Both the position numbers and the translations under genes were made by a program. Shown here in pieces: positions 29,649 to 39,836 of a DNA stretch of 64,000 nt. Position 1 is the first letter of the stretch. Every line of letters starts with the position of its first letter. Below the pieces are notes generated by a model. It was not told the DNA's origin and did not search any database. It saw only the letters and a program-made list of their open reading frames with translations. This stretch comes from an uncultured delta proteobacterium (GTDB lineage Bacteria > Desulfobacterota > Syntrophorhabdia > Syntrophorhabdales > WCHB1-27): positions 128,001-192,000 of the forward strand of contig CAWEPK010000008.1 in the NCBI GenBank assembly GCA_963810935.1. The letters are read 5' to 3'.

Positions 29649-30404
29649 CTATCCTTTCTTGAAGAGTTTCTTTAGCCTTTCCTGGAAGGCAGGCTCGGCC
29701 GAGAAACGGGAGACGTATAGCCGCTCTTTATCGAGATGGGTGGACAGCCCCGAAAGGACGGCCTTGTTCACCAGCTCCTTCAGGTTGCGGGTTGTCTCCA
29801 TAGGCATCGCTTTCAGCCCATCGATAAGCGCGGCCAGCTCTTTCTCAAGGTCCTTTGCTTCCGCCGTGAAATTGACGAGTCCGAGCGTCTTTGCCTCCTC
29901 CATGGCTACGTTGCGTGACGTAAAGTAAAGCTCGCTGAACTTCTTCATGCCTACAAGGCGGGGCAGGAAAATGCTGGCGCCGCCGTCGGGCGTCAGGCCT
30001 ATCCGCCTGTACCCCATATTCAGGACTGTCTTCGACTCCGCAAGAGTGAGGTCGCAGGCAAGCGCCAGACTCAGGCCCGCGCCGACGGCAAGGCCCTCTA
30101 CCACCGCTATCACTATGGCCGGGATGTTGCGGATAAGGAGGATGCTCCGGTTCAGGTAATCGGCCATCGCGTCTACCTGCACCGCAGGCGTGGGGCTGTC
30201 CCTGAACTCTATCACGTCGCCGCCTGCGCAAAATGTATTGCCCGCGCCCCTTATGACTACTATGGACGCCCCTTCCTTCCGGGCCTTTGTGAGGGAGTGG
30301 AAGAGCGCCTCCAGAAGCTCCAGGCTCATTGCGTTTTTCTTGTCCGGCCGGTTCAACGTCAGCGTCAGCACGCCCTCGCGAAAATCTTCTACAACAACGC
30401 CCAT
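29649..30404 (-). CDS. Enoyl-CoA hydratase/isomerase (PaaG-like)
   Basis: LNRPDKKNAM, FCAGGDV, AVGAGLSLALACD, IGLTPDGG. Confidence 0.9.
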   Translation of the reverse strand: MGVVVEDFREGVLTLTLNRPDKKNAMSLELLEALFHSLTKARKEGASIVVIRGAGNTFCAGGDVIEFRDSPTPAVQVDAMADYLNRSILLIRNIPAIVIAVVEGLAVGAGLSLALACDLTLAESKTVLNMGYRRIGLTPDGGASIFLPRLVGMKKFSELYFTSRNVAMEEAKTLGLVNFTAEAKDLEKELAALIDGLKAMPMETTRNLKELVNKAVLSGLSTHLDKERLYVSRFSAEPAFQERLKKLFKKG

Positions 30405-30483
30405 AATGCCTCCTTAAGTCAGTCCTGCTTCCAGCCGCGCCGTATCTTGCGCTTCTTAATGATGAAGCAATGAAGGTGTGATT

Positions 30484-31506
30484 TCAAGCAAAAAACGGCG
30501 TTGGAAGACGCACCTTCCCCTTCAGCTCCCCTATGTTCTTCGACCCCGTGAACCAGAGTGCGACTGTAAGCTCTTCCCTGAGGCGCGCAATGCCTTCGGC
30601 TACCCTCTCCGCAGATACGCTCGCCCACTTCAAAAAGGGAAGCGCCATAGACGTAAAGTTTGCGCCGAGGGCTAGGGCCTTCGCCATGTCGATGCCTGTC
30701 CGCACGCCGCCGCCCCCTATGAGGCACTGGTCGTCCCGCAGCCATTTAGCCGCATCCATAATGGCGTCTCTCGTGCACGTCCCCAGTGTCTCGTACGGGC
30801 TGGAATCTTTGCCCCGCATTATCCCCTCGATCTTCGCCCAATTCGTCCCGCCGAGACCCGCAACGTCTATACCGGCTATTTTCCTTGCCGAAGCCCATCG
30901 AACGACCGTTTCCGGCAATCCGCTGCCCACTTCCTTGAGGAAGACGGGGTAAGGAAATTCTTCGACGGCCTCGTCCAGGGCCTCCAGGCCATGGGTGAAA
31001 TCGGTCTGCCCGTCTGCCTGCAGCAGCTCGTGCAGCGGGTTGACGTAAAGGATTATTCCGTCCGCTTTTATAGACTCGACGGCTTCAATGAGGTAGTCCC
31101 TGCCGTTGCGTGCATGGAGGAGGCTCAGGTTGGCGAGGAGCGGTATCCCGGGCGCCCACTCCCGGACCAGATAAGATTCCGGTGCGGCGGACTTCTCCAT
31201 CATCGGCCGCTGCGACCCGACAGCCATGGCTATGCCGCAGCGACTTGCGGCTGTTGCAAGGTTCCGGTTGATCTCTAAAGAAAGGCTGCCCCCGCCCGTT
31301 ATGGGGGCGATAAGAAGCGGCAATGCCAGGGTCTTGCCGAGGAACTGCGCTGTCGTGTCTATATCGGATACTGAAAAACCGGGCAGGCCGCCGATAAGGT
31401 TGAGCGTCTCAAGGCCCGTCGCCGCTGGGGACTCTACGTCATGCTCCAGGCAGATTCGTATATGGCTGTCTTTTACGGCTGCTTCGCGACCGGTCCCCTG
31501 CCCCAC
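30484..31506 (-). CDS. fni: Type 2 isopentenyl-diphosphate isomerase (FMN-dependent)
   Basis: K..HI.IC, ITGG, AVGSQR, LKEVGSG, DVAGLGGTNW, GGVRTGIDMAKALALGA. Confidence 0.9.
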   Translation of the reverse strand: MGQGTGREAAVKDSHIRICLEHDVESPAATGLETLNLIGGLPGFSVSDIDTTAQFLGKTLALPLLIAPITGGGSLSLEINRNLATAASRCGIAMAVGSQRPMMEKSAAPESYLVREWAPGIPLLANLSLLHARNGRDYLIEAVESIKADGIILYVNPLHELLQADGQTDFTHGLEALDEAVEEFPYPVFLKEVGSGLPETVVRWASARKIAGIDVAGLGGTNWAKIEGIMRGKDSSPYETLGTCTRDAIMDAAKWLRDDQCLIGGGGVRTGIDMAKALALGANFTSMALPFLKWASVSAERVAEGIARLREELTVALWFTGSKNIGELKGKVRLPTPFFA

Positions 31507-31511
31507 TTCCT

Positions 31512-32093
31512 TTAACCCCCTTCCAGCCCGACGAGCCTGCGCCCGGCGCGGTAGGCGTCGTCAAAGGCGGTCGGGTGTCCGCAGATCGCGCCTTTCTGGT
31601 CTATGCCGAGGAAGCTGATCGTCTCGTGCTCCGGCACGCTTATCGTCCTGAAAAAAGCCTTCGCCGTCTCGCCCGAGCATGTCACGCCGATTTCCTTCTT
31701 CATGCCGCCCACGAGTATAAGCAGCCCCTTCCTGCCGTCCGGCCCGCCGGAGATCGACCGCTTCAGGACATACCGCTCGCACCAGAAGGACTGGCACCTG
31801 TCCACCATCGTCTTTGTCTGGGCAGAGAGTCCGAAGAAGAAAATCGGAGAGGCGAGTATGATGCGGTCTGCCGCGCGTATCGCGTCCGCTACTGCCGTCA
31901 TGTCGTCCTTCTGCACGCAAATGCCTGTTTTCTCGCACCCGCCGCAGTCCTGGCACGGCCTTATGCTCAACTCGTTCAGGTTCACCTTCGCGACGTCGTG
32001 GCCCGCATACTCTATCGGCCTGAGGGCTTCCCACAGAAGGGTTTCCACATTCCCGCCTTTCCTGGGCGACCCGTTGAATGCAACGATTTTCAT
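31512..32093 (-). CDS. Flavodoxin-like / iron-sulfur flavoprotein (NADPH-dependent FMN reductase family)
   Basis: NGSPRKGGN, CQDCGGC....C, ASPIFF, KTMVDR. Confidence 0.88.
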   Translation of the reverse strand: MKIVAFNGSPRKGGNVETLLWEALRPIEYAGHDVAKVNLNELSIRPCQDCGGCEKTGICVQKDDMTAVADAIRAADRIILASPIFFFGLSAQTKTMVDRCQSFWCERYVLKRSISGGPDGRKGLLILVGGMKKEIGVTCSGETAKAFFRTISVPEHETISFLGIDQKGAICGHPTAFDDAYRAGRRLVGLEGG

Positions 32094-32109
32094 GCGCGCC
32101 TTTCCCTCT

Positions 32110-32532
32110 CTATTTCCCGAATTTCAGCGTTATCTTCTCGTAGTCGCTCTCTTTATCGACTTTGGCGAGGAGCTCGATGCTCGAATCCCTGATGCCCACG
32201 GCAAGGGTTATCTCTCCCTTCTTGCCCTCGATATGCGTCACCTGCCTCATGGCCTGTATCACCCTCTCCCCGATGTCCGCGCCGGGTGAAGGCAGCTCGC
32301 CGTCTTCGTATTCCGCCTCCGCCTCCACACGCCCGTCCGCGTACTTCTTCAGGGAGATTTTCTTCGCATGGCGGTCGATGCCGTGGAGGATGGCCAGGGC
32401 CAGCCATTTGAGGGCCGCTTCCTCCTTGTCGGCTTCTTTCCGGACAAGGGCCATCTCGGCGAGAGGGTCCGTCTCCGCGAAGCAATCGCAAAGCTCCTGC
32501 ATCCTCTTGTGAGGGGTCGTCATATCTTTCAT
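32110..32532 (-). CDS. Hypothetical protein (140 aa)
   Basis: GGAGGGAG RBS then MKDMTTPHKRMQELCDCF...; co-oriented with the downstream operon. Confidence 0.7.
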   Translation of the reverse strand: MKDMTTPHKRMQELCDCFAETDPLAEMALVRKEADKEEAALKWLALAILHGIDRHAKKISLKKYADGRVEAEAEYEDGELPSPGADIGERVIQAMRQVTHIEGKKGEITLAVGIRDSSIELLAKVDKESDYEKITLKFGK

Positions 32533-32712
32533 TTTCTCCCTCCATTCTACCCGATAGGGCGGATTTTTAACAAGAGTAAAGTAAGCACCGGGGCGGCCCG
32601 CTGCAACGAAGGGCAGGTCGAACGCACCCGGCTGCGGCCCACGCACCATACCTTGCCGGTTGACGATAGGCCCGTCCGGAACTATACTTGGTCGAAAGGA
32701 GAAGAGGTGCGC

Positions 32713-33166
32713 ATGCTCAATAAGATCCTGGCTGCAACGGACGGCTCGAAGACTGCGCGGAAAGCGGCCTTTTACGCTTATGACCTGGCAGCACTTACAG
32801 GCGGCACGGTAATGCTCCTCTCCGTCATCGACAGGGAGGTCATCGTCGGAAAACCCGCCATGCCTGCAAACGCAACCCCCAGGCACATCGTCGAGCCCCT
32901 GGAAGATTACCTCCGAGAGGCTGCGGAGACGGACATGAAGGAGATCGAGGCGCACGGCGCTGCGAAGGGTATCTCTACGACCATGACCGTCAGGTACGGC
33001 CACCCCGTCGAGGAGATCGTGGCGGAAGCAAAACGCGCGGGCGCAGACCTGATCGTTATGGGGTCGCATGGAAAGAGCACTTTATCTGCCGCCCTTCTCG
33101 GCAGCGTCACCTTTCGGCGTAGTTCACAGGTCGGTGCACGTGCCCGTCCTTATCATCCCCCGCTGA
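32713..33166 (+). CDS. Universal stress protein; +1 insertion near 33113
   Basis: KILAATDGS, GHPVEEIV, ADLIVMGSHG, LLGSVT; the shifted frame gives FGVVHRSVHVPVLIIPR*. Confidence 0.9.
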
Positions 33167-33195
33167 ATAAATCGAACGCAAAAAACGAGAGGCCC

Positions 33196-34108
33196 ATGGA
33201 CCATATGCTACTGACAAGCAGCGGCGTTAAAGTAGTCGTGCGGCCGGATTTGGGCGCAAGGGTCGATCAGATAACCGACCTGGAGACGGGCAAAGACTGG
33301 CTGTGGCACCCGGACCGGTACAATGAGGGAGACGAGAGAGCTTTCAGTGGGGGCGTCTTTCGACGAGAACTGGAGCGGGGGATGGGACGAGGTCTTTCCG
33401 AACGACGCGGGCGGGGCGTTCCGGGGACGCAATCTCGCAGACCACGGGGAGCTGTGGAGCCGCAACTGGCGCGTCACGGAAAGCTCCGACTCCGAAGTCA
33501 GGCTTGCCTGTGACTGCTCTACTCTGCCTGCGGCGTGCGAGAAAAGAATAGCCGTAACTGCGGAGGGACTGACAGTCGGCTATCGGCTTCAGAACCTTTC
33601 AGGAGAGGCGCTGCCATTTCTTCTCAAGCTCCACCCTGCCCTCGCCGTAGAGCCGGGCGACGAGATATTGCTGCCGCCCTGCATGGTAGAGCCGGTTGAC
33701 ATCGGCTTCAGCACGATCATCGGAAGATCGGAAAAGACGCGCTTTCCCATGGCGTGCGGAGCGGACGGAAAAGAAGTGCGCCTCGACGTGGTTCCGGGGC
33801 GGGAAGCGGGAAGCCGCGAGTTCTTCTATACAACCGGGCTCGAAGGGCCGTGGTGCGGTCTCAAAAACAGCCGGACCGGCCGGACGTTAAGGTTTTCGTT
33901 CGACAGCGGCCGGTTACCCTATGTCTGGGTCTTCGCAAGCTATGGCGGCTGGCAGGACCATTACGTGCTCATACTGGAGCCATGCACGAACGTACCCTAT
34001 GACCTCGAAACCGCCCTCTCCAACGGGACGTGCGCAATCCTTCAACCCCACGAGCTGCGCGAGATCGAAGTCCGCGTCACCCTATCCGGGGGAGCCGTCA
34101 GTCCGTAA
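33196..34108 (+). CDS. Galactose-mutarotase/aldose epimerase-like protein; +1 insertion near 33322
   Basis: V.PDLGARV...TGKDWLWH, then GGWDEVFPN, DHGELW, KLHPAL, LILEPCT. Confidence 0.75.
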
Positions 34109-35158
34109 GTATCGAGCAGCCCGGAGGCCGCGCCCAGCACTTCGTCCACAGGGACGTCGGCCACGAAGGATTCATGGTGGTCGCATTTCCCTTTGATGCA
34201 GTTGACCCCGCAGACCGGACATTCGAGCCGCCAGCAAAGCACGGGACGGTGGCGCGCCCTTGTCACCGGGCCGGCAGTAAAGACGTTCCCGCACCAATAG
34301 ATGCCGACGGTCGGCGTCCCGACTGCGTGCGCCAAATGCAGAGGGCCGCTGTCGTTCCCGACGACGAGCACGCAACGCGACAGCAGGCCCGTCAATCCCT
34401 TGAGCGAGAGGCGGTCGCAGAGTTGCTCCGGCGTATGCGTCATGCGTCCGGCAACACCTTCGATTATTTTTCTCTCGGACGCTACGCCGGGAATGACGAT
34501 CCGCAAGCCCTGGGCGGCAAGCCAGTCGCCCACTGCTGCAAGCTTCTCCTGCGGCCAGCGCCTGCGGCCGTCGCCCCCGCCCGGCACTATGGCGGCGATT
34601 GCTCCGCCCGCGCCGCCGACTGCGGACATCGTACTCGCTGATGTCCGCCTCCGTTACCGCAAGGGCAGGCTCGTGCGTTACAGCCTGTGCCCCGGCCAGA
34701 CGCGCAACTTCCAGGTAGCGCAATATCTCCGGCTGGAAATAAACGTAAGGCACCCAGAGGTCGAGCGGCGGTGCGTCCGGCGCGCGCAAACCCACGGAAA
34801 AGCGCGCCTTCAGGCGCGTCACGAACGGGTTTGAATACCTGCCTCCCCCGTGCATCTGGAAGGCGATGTCGAACCGCTCTTCCTCCATGGCGGCAAAGAA
34901 GGCGGACAGTACGCCTTCGTTCTGGCTAAGCCCGGCCTCCTCGCGTATGCCTTTTGCCGGCGGAACCACGACTACGCGGTCCACGGGCGACTGCCTGCCC
35001 TCCAGGAAAGACACGTGCCACGGGAGGCCCAGCAGCACTATCTCGGCCTGGGGGAAGGCAGCCCGGAGCGATTCGAGCGCAGGCAGCGCAAAAAGGAAGT
35101 CTCCCAGGCCGTTTGCCCTGAGCACCGCAATCTTGCGCACCTCTTCGGGCATCATCAT
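34042..35158 (-). CDS. GT9 heptosyltransferase-like; +1 insertion near 34632
   Basis: VLRANGLGDFLFALPAL, QMHGGGRYSN; C-terminal half RRWP, GNDSGPLHLAHAVGTPTV. Confidence 0.88.
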
Positions 35159-36216
35159 GCCTTTATCACCTCGCTTGCGGCATCCACTACCTGTTCGATA
35201 GATATGCCCCGCAGGCAGGCGTACCGCGAGTGACAGCCGTTTTCTGAACACGGCCTGCACGGCAGGTCGCGCACGATTGCGCGGAACGGTCCATTAGCCG
35301 GCGGTCCCCACCTTTTCGGGTCCGTCTCCCCGAAGATCGTGACGGACGGCACACCGAGCGCGTATGCGATATGGGCCGGACCCGAGTCATTCGTCAGGAG
35401 GACCGCGAGGCGCTCTATGACCGCCCCGAGCACGGGAAGCGAGGTCCGGCAGGTCGCATCGACAAGCCGAAAACCGGCACATTCCGCAAAAACCTGCGCG
35501 GCGGTATGCGTCTCACCCTGACCGACGAGCACGACCGTCCCCCCGTGACGCCGGCGGACCTCAGCCGCCGCTGCCGCAAAGCGCTCCACGCGCCACTGCT
35601 TCTCTCTCTTTCTTGCGTAAAGGTGCACGCCTATAAGGGGCGGCGGGGCGTCTCCAAGGAGCCGCATCGCTGCCGACCGGTCCTCTCCCAGCAGCGGGAA
35701 TTCGCATGCGGGGTCCACGTGAGGTGCGCCCAGGAAACGCGTCAGCGCGAGAAGGCGCTCGGTCTCGCTCCCCGTGTCCGGCATGGCGAGCGCCGCATCG
35801 AGCCTTCCCGGTCCGTCGCCCTTCCGCACGAAACCCGCAGTGGACCGGGCGCCCAGCATCAAAGCGAACGTGTTGGAATAAACGCCCGTCCCATGCATCT
35901 GGACAGCGAGGTCGAACTTATCGGCCTGCAATTGCTCAAGGCTGCCGAGGGCCGCGCGGGCGTCGAAGAGCTGCTCGGCCATGCCGGGGAACCCCGGAAA
36001 TGGGACAAAGCGGTCGATGCAGGGGCACCGTTCGACCAGGGGAGCGACGAAAGGCATGCCGACGAGCGTGATCTCCGCCTTCGGCAATGCCGCGCGGAGC
36101 GCCCGGAAGGCAGGGGTTGCGCAGATGAAATCACCTATGCGGGAGGCGCGCAGCACGGCGACCTTCCGCACATCGGAGAGGCGCCCCAGAAGCGGCTGTG
36201 TCCGTTTACCCCGCAT
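35155..36216 (-). CDS. GT9 heptosyltransferase-like
   Basis: VLRASRIGDFICATPAF, KQW, TNDSGPAHIAYALGVPSVTIFG, LPCRPC. Confidence 0.92.
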   Translation of the reverse strand: MRGKRTQPLLGRLSDVRKVAVLRASRIGDFICATPAFRALRAALPKAEITLVGMPFVAPLVERCPCIDRFVPFPGFPGMAEQLFDARAALGSLEQLQADKFDLAVQMHGTGVYSNTFALMLGARSTAGFVRKGDGPGRLDAALAMPDTGSETERLLALTRFLGAPHVDPACEFPLLGEDRSAAMRLLGDAPPPLIGVHLYARKREKQWRVERFAAAAAEVRRRHGGTVVLVGQGETHTAAQVFAECAGFRLVDATCRTSLPVLGAVIERLAVLLTNDSGPAHIAYALGVPSVTIFGETDPKRWGPPANGPFRAIVRDLPCRPCSENGCHSRYACLRGISIEQVVDAASEVIKA

Positions 36217-37039
36217 ATTTTCGTATCATCTCGGGCAGCAACTCCAGGGCGTGACCGTCCACGGTCCCCTTGTCGTTCAGCACCGTCGAGGGAAGCTCCG
36301 AATAGTATGTACCCGAAGGGGCTATCGCGCAGCCGCCCCAGCGGCGCATGAGCAAATTTTGCACGAGCACCTCCTCGCCCGAATGGTACCTGGGGAGGCG
36401 ATCCCAGAAAGAGAAGCCGCCGACGTCGAGGAGCTTTTGCCGGTCGTACAGGATGCACGATGCAATCCACGCTACCTTGTAGAGACGCACCTGTCCCGGC
36501 GGGATCGATTGGCAGACGTGGTGGAGATTGGCTGCGCGGTGGAGGTGCCATCGCTCCCACTCGCCTGATCCGGGATCGACTGCCTCAGGGCTGACCGGGC
36601 CCGACCAGTAATCGATGCGCTGCTGGCCGGGCCGCACGTCGCCTGCGTAGGAAAGGCCCGCAGGGAAAGCGCCGACAAAAGCGCAGCCCTCCGATTCCAG
36701 TGTTTGCAGCAGCGTCTTCAGCACCCACGGGGACATCAGCACGTCATCGTCGAGATATAGCACGTGCTCGGCGTATGACTGTTTGAGCAGGAAGTCCCGC
36801 TGCTCGGCTATGCCGAGGGACGGCGCCCTGCGGAACCATTCAACATGGGCATCCGGCGAACCCGCCCTTATGACGCGCAGCAAAGACTGCACGACAGGCG
36901 ACTCCGCAGCCGGAGCGCGGCCCTGATCGCTCACTACGAGATGGATGTCCTTTACCGACTGCGCGGCAAGGCCCGACAGGGTCATGATCAGCGATTCGAG
37001 GCGGTCACAGGTAGGCAGCAGTACGTCAACAATGGCCAT
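36206..37039 (-). CDS. GT2/GT-A glycosyltransferase
   Basis: VDVLLPTCDR, VVSDQ, LYLDDDV (DxD), GGFSFW, GEEV. Confidence 0.85.
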   Translation of the reverse strand: MAIVDVLLPTCDRLESLIMTLSGLAAQSVKDIHLVVSDQGRAPAAESPVVQSLLRVIRAGSPDAHVEWFRRAPSLGIAEQRDFLLKQSYAEHVLYLDDDVLMSPWVLKTLLQTLESEGCAFVGAFPAGLSYAGDVRPGQQRIDYWSGPVSPEAVDPGSGEWERWHLHRAANLHHVCQSIPPGQVRLYKVAWIASCILYDRQKLLDVGGFSFWDRLPRYHSGEEVLVQNLLMRRWGGCAIAPSGTYYSELPSTVLNDKGTVDGHALELLPEMIRKYAG

Positions 37040-37047
37040 AAATTCTC

Positions 37048-37824
37048 CTACGGTCTCTTTACCGCGATTATCAGGTGCCCCCCTCCGGGCGGGCCGGATG
37101 AGAGGTCCACGCGGGACGCAAAGCGCGCGATGCGCATGTGCAGGCCGGTGGGCAGGCCGCGCCACGCAAGCCCGGCCGGCCGCCTCCCGGCCACCCGGAT
37201 TTGCTCGGCCAGGTCTATGGCGTCCCACACTGCTACGAGCGCCCGCCTGAGATACGGCCGAACAGAAACAACGTCGAGGCCCCACACGGCCAGGCGGTCG
37301 GCCCATTCACCCGCAGTCAACAGATTCAAGTGTACGAGGCGCCGGTTGCGCCAGGCGGCGTAACGGGAGGAAGGCAGTGCAAGCCACCTGTTGAACTCGG
37401 CAGTAGGTGCGGTGAAAACGAGGCGGCCGCCTGGCGCCAGCGTCCTCGATATCGCCCGCAGCACCGTGTCCAGCGAGCTTACGTGCTCAAGGACGGAATT
37501 GCATAGCACCGTGCAAAGGCTCCCGTCCGGAAGATGGGCGGCCTCAACCGGGCGCCGCTCGATCCTCTCGTAAAGGCCCGATCCGGCTGCCCGGCCTATT
37601 GCCTCGCTGAACGGATCGCAGCCTATATCGACCCGCTTCATGACGAGCGACGTCACGAGCCCGTCGCCGCACCCCACGTCGAGCACGGGGCGGGCGTAAT
37701 CGTACGTGCGAAGGGCCGCCACTTCAGCCCCTCTCCATAGCCCCAGGGAGGGTCCCGAGCTCGCGGAAGAGGATGGAGAAAGAAGCGGCGTCGAGACGGA
37801 GAGGGCCCTCATCTGCCCTATCAT
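37048..37824 (-). CDS. Class I SAM-dependent methyltransferase
   Basis: VLDVGCGDG, NSVLEHV, LAPGGRLVFT. Confidence 0.9.
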   Translation of the reverse strand: MIGQMRALSVSTPLLSPSSSASSGPSLGLWRGAEVAALRTYDYARPVLDVGCGDGLVTSLVMKRVDIGCDPFSEAIGRAAGSGLYERIERRPVEAAHLPDGSLCTVLCNSVLEHVSSLDTVLRAISRTLAPGGRLVFTAPTAEFNRWLALPSSRYAAWRNRRLVHLNLLTAGEWADRLAVWGLDVVSVRPYLRRALVAVWDAIDLAEQIRVAGRRPAGLAWRGLPTGLHMRIARFASRVDLSSGPPGGGHLIIAVKRP

Positions 37825-37854
37825 GACAACGTACAGCCGGGACCCGGCTGCCGT

Positions 37855-38857
37855 CTAGAAGGTACCGCAGTGAATTGAGCAGGACTTGCATATTTCCGGT
37901 GGGTTGCGGGATGCGAGGCGCAGGCGGAAATCGGTGCATGCGCGGCCGTTCCATATGCGGGCGATATCGTATCCCTTTGTTCTTCCGAAATTGACCCTGT
38001 CGGGCGTCCCTACCATGCAGCACGGCATGACGCACCCCTGATAGCTGATGTAGATGCCCGTCTCCGGCCAGTCGCACGCGCCCTGCCCTGCCTGTTCCCC
38101 TGCCGGCCCTTCATCGGGTAAGCGTGGAAGGCGAAGCTCGACGCCAAGCCATGCGGCTGTGGCGCGGGCCTCCTCGAACCGCTCGGCTACCGTCTCCCGC
38201 CGGACACCGGCAACGTCCTCTCTTTCGACATGGGCGCGCATAGGCGCGTAATGGGCCGGCAGCGCCGCCTCCCGGAAGGAATGACAAAGACGCTGGACGA
38301 AGACCTGCTCCATGCCCAGATCGGAGGCGAGCTTCACGAGTCGGGCAAGCTCGGCAAGGTTGCGGCGCATAAGAACGACCGTCATGCGCATCGAAGGGAA
38401 GCGTGAGGACGTCCTTTCCTTCGCGCCCATAACCAACCGGACGTTGCCGACGAGTTTGCTGAAGGAAGCGCCCTTCCTTATCGATTCATAGATGGGGGCG
38501 GACGCCCCGTCCACGGAGACATGCAGGCATTGCAGACCGCTTTCGACTATCTCAAGGGCCCGTTCTCTGTCCACGAGCATGAGGTTCGAGCTTGCCGTCA
38601 CCTCGACCCCTTTCGAAGCAGCGTATGAGACCATCTCAGAGAAATGGGGGTTGAGGAGAGGCTCGCCCAGGCCCTGAAGGTGCAGGCGGTCGATGCCCGG
38701 CGTGGCATCGACAATCCGCCGGAACAGATCGGGCCGCATATACGCCCGGCCCGCGGGCCTGTTGTCCCGCCTCACCCGTATCGCGCACATCTCACAGCGG
38801 AGGTTGCATACGCCGGCCGGCTCGACCTGGAGATAGGCGGGCAGCGGGGCAATCCAT
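37855..38857 (-). CDS. Radical SAM protein with a SPASM/Twitch-type C-terminal domain; probable ATG at 38857 offset by +1
   Basis: CNLRCEMC, LQGLGEPLL, VSVDGAS, C-terminal CDWP...G.VMPCC...CKSC. Confidence 0.88.
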
Positions 38858-38873
38858 TCGATCCGTTTTGCGT

Positions 38874-39836
38874 TTATAGAAAGAATACCCGGTACCTGAT
38901 AGCCCCTGCCAGACGCCAGAAGATGCAGACGGGCGGTATGATGATAGATGTAACGGCTATTTCGAGCACATGGAGCGGGCTGTGCGAAACACCCCGCAGC
39001 CTCTGGCTGCAAAAGCGGAAGGTGCCGAAGAGCCACGCAATGCCTGCCGCGGTTGCGCCAGCTCGAAACCCGGCCGCGGCACATGCGGCCGATAGGATTA
39101 AAATCAGCACGACGGCATAGTAATGCCAGGGATGGACCGGACTGATGTAGGTCCTGTAGAGGGCCGGGTGCTTCTTGTAAAGGAGGGCGTTGAACATGCT
39201 CTTCCTCTGCTGGCTGATGCTGACGCCCCACCGGGCAGGCCGGACGGGATGAACGACGACGGCGCCTCGTGCTTGTACGAGACGCTCGCCCCCTGCGAGA
39301 AGTCTGAAATGCAGTTCGCTGTCCTCGCGCCAGGCGGACGTGAACTCTTCGTCGAACCCGCCTGCTGCAACGAGGACGGCTTTCCTGTAAAAGGAATTGG
39401 CCGTGACGAACCGGGCGCGGGCGAGGTGCGAGGCATTCATCTCGTAGTCCGTCGGCCTGGCCGGAAGCGGCACCACTGTCTTGCCTGCTGCGCCCGCTAC
39501 GCCGTCGACGAAGGCGGCCGCGCCCGCCGTCAGCCAGCCGGGCGACGGGATGCAGTCGTCATCGGTAAAGGCGATAATCTCCCCTCTCGACATGCGAAGT
39601 CCGGCGTTTCTCGCTGCGGCCGGTCCGTGCCTCCCGGCGACTTCGACGTACCGTATATCCATCCGGTCCGCATACTCTTCGACGGCCCGCCTGGTCTGCC
39701 CGCTTCTGCCGTCGTCCGCCACAACTACTTCGTAGCGGGACTTATCGAAATCCTGCTCAGACAGGGCGGCCAGGCAGCGGCCGAGAAGACCGGCACGGCC
39801 GAGGGTGGGCACTATTACGGAAACCTCAATATCCAT
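38874..39836 (-). CDS. GT2 glycosyltransferase with C-terminal TM helices
   Basis: VSVIVPT, ADDG, GPAAARN, AFTDDDC, GGFDE.F...WREDSEL. Confidence 0.92.
   Translation of the reverse strand: MDIEVSVIVPTLGRAGLLGRCLAALSEQDFDKSRYEVVVADDGRSGQTRRAVEEYADRMDIRYVEVAGRHGPAAARNAGLRMSRGEIIAFTDDDCIPSPGWLTAGAAAFVDGVAGAAGKTVVPLPARPTDYEMNASHLARARFVTANSFYRKAVLVAAGGFDEEFTSAWREDSELHFRLLAGGERLVQARGAVVVHPVRPARWGVSISQQRKSMFNALLYKKHPALYRTYISPVHPWHYYAVVLILILSAACAAAGFRAGATAAGIAWLFGTFRFCSQRLRGVSHSPLHVLEIAVTSIIIPPVCIFWRLAGAIRYRVFFL

Noticed and set aside
32368..33513. 381-aa ORF appearing to fuse USP with the start of an epimerase
   Set aside because: Explained by the +1 insertion at ~33113; both parts have their own starts and typical termini
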